Assembly (NCBI GenBank): GCA_963822585.1 | Contig: CAWGIE010000011.1 | Location: forward strand, 1-64,000 | Origin: an uncultured bacterium | Lineage (GTDB): Bacteria > Auribacterota > Erginobacteria > Erginobacterales > Erginobacteraceae | Length of the DNA: 64,000 bases | Reading direction: 5' to 3' | Shown: positions 60,469 to 64,000 of the stretch, piece after piece | Position numbering within the stretch: the stretch's first letter is position 1 | Layout: each line of letters starts with the position of its first letter | Notes under the pieces: model-generated | The model's input: only the letters and a program-made list of their open reading frames with translations | What the model was told of the DNA's origin: nothing | The model's database searches: none | Program-made: the position numbers and the translations under genes

Positions 60469-61866
60469 CTATACACAGTTTAAGGGGTTCCGGGCCAGTT
60501 CGTCCGCCAGACGCCCGATATCGCCCGCGCCCATGATCACGACAATGTCCCCGGCCCCGGTTTCCCGGTCCAGGTACGGCCGGATCGCCGGCTGATCCAT
60601 CAGGAGCGCGTCGGACCGGCCCCGGGCCCCCAAAGCATCCACCAGAAGAGCGGAACTGACCCCGGGCAGAGCACGTTCAAACGCGGGGTACAGCCCGGTG
60701 ACGATGATCCGGTCAGCCCCGGTCAAAGCCTCGGCCAGTTCACGGAAAAAATACCGGGTCCGGCTGTACCGGTGGGGCTGGAAAACACACCAGATTCTCC
60801 GGGGGCGCGCGGACCGGACGGCAGCGAGCGCGGCGGCGATCTCTATCGGGTGGTGGGCATAATCCTCCATGACCACGACGGGACCGGCCGACCTGATCTC
60901 CAACCGCCGACGGGTTCCCCGGAACCGGGCCAGAGCCCGGGCGATTACCGGAAAAGCAACCCCCTCGGACAGGCAGAGGGCGATCGCGCCCAGACTATTC
61001 TGCACATTGCAGAGACCAAGCTGGGGAAGGATTATCTCCCCCAGTGCGTCACCGTCTTTCTCGACCGTGAAGCGACTCCCGCCCCGGTCCAGGCGAATAT
61101 CGGCGGCACGGACCTGAGCGGCGGGGGCAAGACCGTAGGTTATCACCCGGTCGACTCCAGCCCGGAGTCGATCACGATCCGGGGTATCCTGCTGTATGAT
61201 CAACGTCCCTTCTGCCGGCAAATGGTCCACAAAGCGGCGAAAGGTACCGGCGAGCTTCTCCCAGCCGGTATAATAGTCGATATGGTCCAGGTCCAAACCG
61301 GTTATCACTTCCGCGAAGGGGAAGAGACGTTCGAGAGAGCCGTCACTCTCATCCGCCTCCGCCACCAGTAACTCACCCTCACCCCATCCCCGGTTATTTT
61401 CCAGCCCGATAGCATCGCCGCCCAGGGCCAGGGACGGATCATAGCCGCCCTCGACCAGGATCCAGGCGATCATCGAGGCCGTCGATGTCTTCCCGTGGCT
61501 ACCGGCGACCGCGATCCCTTTCTTCAGCTTCATCAATCCCGACAGAAGTTCCGAGCGGTGGAGAATGGGGATCCCCCCGTCCCTCGCCTCCGCCAGTTCA
61601 GGATTATCCCCGGGCACGGCGGAGGAATACACCAGAACATCCGCCGTTTCCGCATGTTCCGACCGGTGACCTGCCATGATGCGAGCGCCCTGGGCGGAGA
61701 GACGTTCGGTCGACGGATTCCGGCGGAGGTCGGAACCGGAGACCTCCAATCCCAGGGATATCATGATCCGGGCCAGAACATTCATCCCGGCGCCGCCGAT
61801 CCCGACAAAGTGGACCGCGGCGACATCCGGACGCCCGAATACCGTAATTTTCTCAGAGGTCTTCAC
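60469..61866 (-). CDS. murC: UDP-N-acetylmuramate--L-alanine ligase
   Basis: HFVGIGGAGM, AGSHGKTST, EADESDGS, DYAHHP, FQPHRYSRT, MGAGDI. Confidence 0.97.
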   Translation of the reverse strand: MKTSEKITVFGRPDVAAVHFVGIGGAGMNVLARIMISLGLEVSGSDLRRNPSTERLSAQGARIMAGHRSEHAETADVLVYSSAVPGDNPELAEARDGGIPILHRSELLSGLMKLKKGIAVAGSHGKTSTASMIAWILVEGGYDPSLALGGDAIGLENNRGWGEGELLVAEADESDGSLERLFPFAEVITGLDLDHIDYYTGWEKLAGTFRRFVDHLPAEGTLIIQQDTPDRDRLRAGVDRVITYGLAPAAQVRAADIRLDRGGSRFTVEKDGDALGEIILPQLGLCNVQNSLGAIALCLSEGVAFPVIARALARFRGTRRRLEIRSAGPVVVMEDYAHHPIEIAAALAAVRSARPRRIWCVFQPHRYSRTRYFFRELAEALTGADRIIVTGLYPAFERALPGVSSALLVDALGARGRSDALLMDQPAIRPYLDRETGAGDIVVIMGAGDIGRLADELARNPLNCV

Positions 61867-62963
61867 TGCTTCTCCCGAATCACTTCCTCGAAAATACCGA
61901 TCATCTTCGCGGCGGCACCGGGGAGAGCCAACCCCCGGGCAGCACGGGTCATCTTCTTCCGCTCCTCCTGGTCCCCGCTCAACCGCCGGATCTGCTCGAC
62001 CAGGAGTGGCGGACTTACCTCCGCCTGCTCATAAACAAGGGCCGCGCCGGCATTCTGGAAATAGCGGGCATTGGCCAGCTGATGATCGTCGGTGGCCCAC
62101 GGATAAGGGATCAATATCGAGGGAAGTCCCCAGCAGGCAATCTCGCTCAACGTCGCCCCACCCGCCCTTCCGATCACCAGGTCGGCCAGGCTGTATGCCC
62201 GACCGATCTCATCCAGCTCGGCGAAGACGGCGGACGTCAGTCCGCCCTGACGGTAGGCGGAGATCAGCTTTTCCACGTCCTCCGTCCCCGCGCAATGAAT
62301 AAATTGGGCGCAACAGGCGGGGATTGCCCGGCGGCGAACGGTTTCTTCGAGCAGCCGGTTAACGGGACGCGCCCCCCGGCTCCCGCCCAGCACCAGAACC
62401 GTGAACCTGCCCGGGGCCAGGCCCCATTCGTCAAGAGTCCCCTCTCCGGCTTCGACCCGGGCAATGCTCCTGACCGGGAAGCCGATCCCCGGCAAAATCC
62501 CCGGGATATCTCCGGCGGACGGGACCGGATAACTGCAGATCACCCGCGATGAATACCGGGATAAAAACCTATTGGCGCGTCCCATGACGACGTTCTGTTC
62601 GTGAAGCACCGCCGGGATATGCAAGCGGTGGGCGGCCAATACGGGAGGAACCGCCACATACCCCCCGAGGCCGATCACCAGGTCGGGAGAAAACGCGGCC
62701 AGCTCGACTGACGCCCGGCGATACCCCCGCAGGTTTCGCAGCCCCGACCGGGGCATGGTCCACCAGCGCCGGGGAGTGAAACTGGCCGCCGGTATGGAGG
62801 CTACCCGGCAGCCGGAGACGGTTTTTTCAAGCCACCGGGCGGGTCTCCCGGCGGTCAGAAAAAGTGCCGGGGAATTATCTTGCCGGGTCCGCAGCTCTTC
62901 GAGAAGAGCGATCGCCGGGGCAAGGTGACCGCCGGTCCCTCCGCCGGCAAAAGCCAGTTTCAT
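61863..62963 (-). CDS. murG: Lipid II GlcNAc transferase MurG
   Basis: GGGTGGHL, HEQN, GGSRGA, RAGGAT, DHQLANA. Confidence 0.96.
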   Translation of the reverse strand: MKLAFAGGGTGGHLAPAIALLEELRTRQDNSPALFLTAGRPARWLEKTVSGCRVASIPAASFTPRRWWTMPRSGLRNLRGYRRASVELAAFSPDLVIGLGGYVAVPPVLAAHRLHIPAVLHEQNVVMGRANRFLSRYSSRVICSYPVPSAGDIPGILPGIGFPVRSIARVEAGEGTLDEWGLAPGRFTVLVLGGSRGARPVNRLLEETVRRRAIPACCAQFIHCAGTEDVEKLISAYRQGGLTSAVFAELDEIGRAYSLADLVIGRAGGATLSEIACWGLPSILIPYPWATDDHQLANARYFQNAGAALVYEQAEVSPPLLVEQIRRLSGDQEERKKMTRAARGLALPGAAAKMIGIFEEVIREKQ

Positions 62964-63136
62964 GCACTCGCCTCTTCAACCTTTTCAGTGGAAAGAGCTT
63001 CTTGCTCCCGGCGCGGGCGATAGCGGCAACTGCCGTAGTTCCGGAAACAGTACTGTAGAACATGGGGGACCTCGATGGCTTTCAGCATGCTGCTGATAAA
63101 ACAGGTATTGAAATGAGGACAAATATCGTCTATCAT
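62960..63136 (-). CDS. 58-aa four-cysteine protein, below the ORF-track cutoff
   Basis: MIDDICPHFNTCFISSMLKAIEVPHVLQYCFRNYGSCRYRPRREQEALSTEKVEEASA; RBS AAGGAG; TGATG overlap with ftsW stop and ATGA overlap with murG start. Confidence 0.75.
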   Translation of the reverse strand: MIDDICPHFNTCFISSMLKAIEVPHVLQYCFRNYGSCRYRPRREQEALSTEKVEEASA

Positions 63137-64000
63137 CACGAACTCTCCTTTTTTGATTTACTGAAAACGTAGACAGGCTCACCACCCCGGCGATAGCGAC
63201 ATTCGCTGTCCCGGTGAGCCGCGATATTAACCAGAATTCCCACCGCAAAAAAGCTGGCGATCATGTTCGAACCGCCGTAACTGACAAACGGCAGGGGCAG
63301 GCCCTTGGTGGGCAGTATGCCCGATGCCACCCCCATGTTGACCATGGCTTGCAATACCAGCATCGCGGTAATACCCTGCGCGAGCAGAGATCCGAAAAGA
63401 TCTTCCGCTCTCCGGGCCACGGCGAAACCGGCGATCAGCAAACCGACCACCAGGCCGATCACCAGGCCGGTCCCCAGGAACCCCAATTCCTCTCCCAGGA
63501 TTGAAAAGATGAAATCGGTGGTGGCCGCGGGCAGATAAAAAAGCTTCTGACGGCTTTCTCCCAAACCCAGGCCGGTCGGGCCGCCGGAGCCCAGGGCGAT
63601 CAACGACTGGATAATCTGGAATCCGGTCCCCCGGGGATCGGCCCAGGGATCGATGAAGGCCAGTATCCTCCGCTTGCGATAGCCGACCTTGGCGATCATC
63701 ATCGCCAGAATCGGGATTGCCGAGAGACAGAGCACCCCCATATGAGCAAGCCGGGCGCCGCCAAGGTAGAGCATTAAGAGCCCGATCAACCCGATACTGA
63801 GGGCCGATCCCAGATCCGGCTGTATGACAATCAGCCCGCAGAGAACTCCGATCACCGCCAGCGGAGGAAGAAAGCCAGTGGTGAAGTTGTGGAGGGAACT
63901 CTGGCGGCGGGAGAGCAGATCGGCCAGATAGATGATCACCAGGTACTTCACCAGCTCCGAAGGCTGGAACCTCATCCCTCCCACGTTTAGCCACCTGCGG
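63136..64000 (-). CDS. ftsW: SEDS peptidoglycan polymerase FtsW (5' end outside the window)
   Basis: RWL...FQPSELVK, QPDLG, FIDPWADP, TDFIFSILGEELG, PTKGLPLPFVSYGGS. Confidence 0.96.
   Translation of the reverse strand, partial: RRWLNVGGMRFQPSELVKYLVIIYLADLLSRRQSSLHNFTTGFLPPLAVIGVLCGLIVIQPDLGSALSIGLIGLLMLYLGGARLAHMGVLCLSAIPILAMMIAKVGYRKRRILAFIDPWADPRGTGFQIIQSLIALGSGGPTGLGLGESRQKLFYLPAATTDFIFSILGEELGFLGTGLVIGLVVGLLIAGFAVARRAEDLFGSLLAQGITAMLVLQAMVNMGVASGILPTKGLPLPFVSYGGSNMIASFFAVGILVNIAAHRDSECRYRRGGEPVYVFSKSKKESS

Overview
Chromosomal window of a GC-rich bacterium with AT-rich intergenic spaces. The Pro/Thr-linker FG-GAP surface protein and divergent FtsZ suggest a PVC-adjacent candidate lineage (inference only). 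It opens with the tail of an integron cassette array: three cassettes (isochorismatase-family amidohydrolase, APC permease, nitrilase) with attC sites and no integrase in the window. Accessory genes follow, including an AT-rich PaaX-like gene bracketed by two related palindromes with a 36-bp core. The rest is mostly core genes: gatCA, rsmA-pdxA-PPIases, tRNA-Leu(CAG), uvrBC, lgt/plsC, gap-pgk-tpiA-secG and the dcw cluster ftsW-murG-murC-ddl-ftsQ-ftsA-ftsZ. Most intergenic gaps hold small hairpin or repeat elements, yet no transposase is present. Highlights: (1) the palindrome-flanked PaaX-like module; (2) a 290-291 bp TTAA-bounded element with a hairpin at each end, in three diverged copies, with a matching empty site and a mini-derivative in the same window; (3) the metabolic integron cassettes; (4) an FtsZ lacking the catalytic T7-loop Asp, plus small coupled ORFs in the dcw cluster that the ORF track missed; (5) a tRNA-Leu flanked by duplicated 5' and 3' fragments. 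All alignments were done by eye and no database searches were run.
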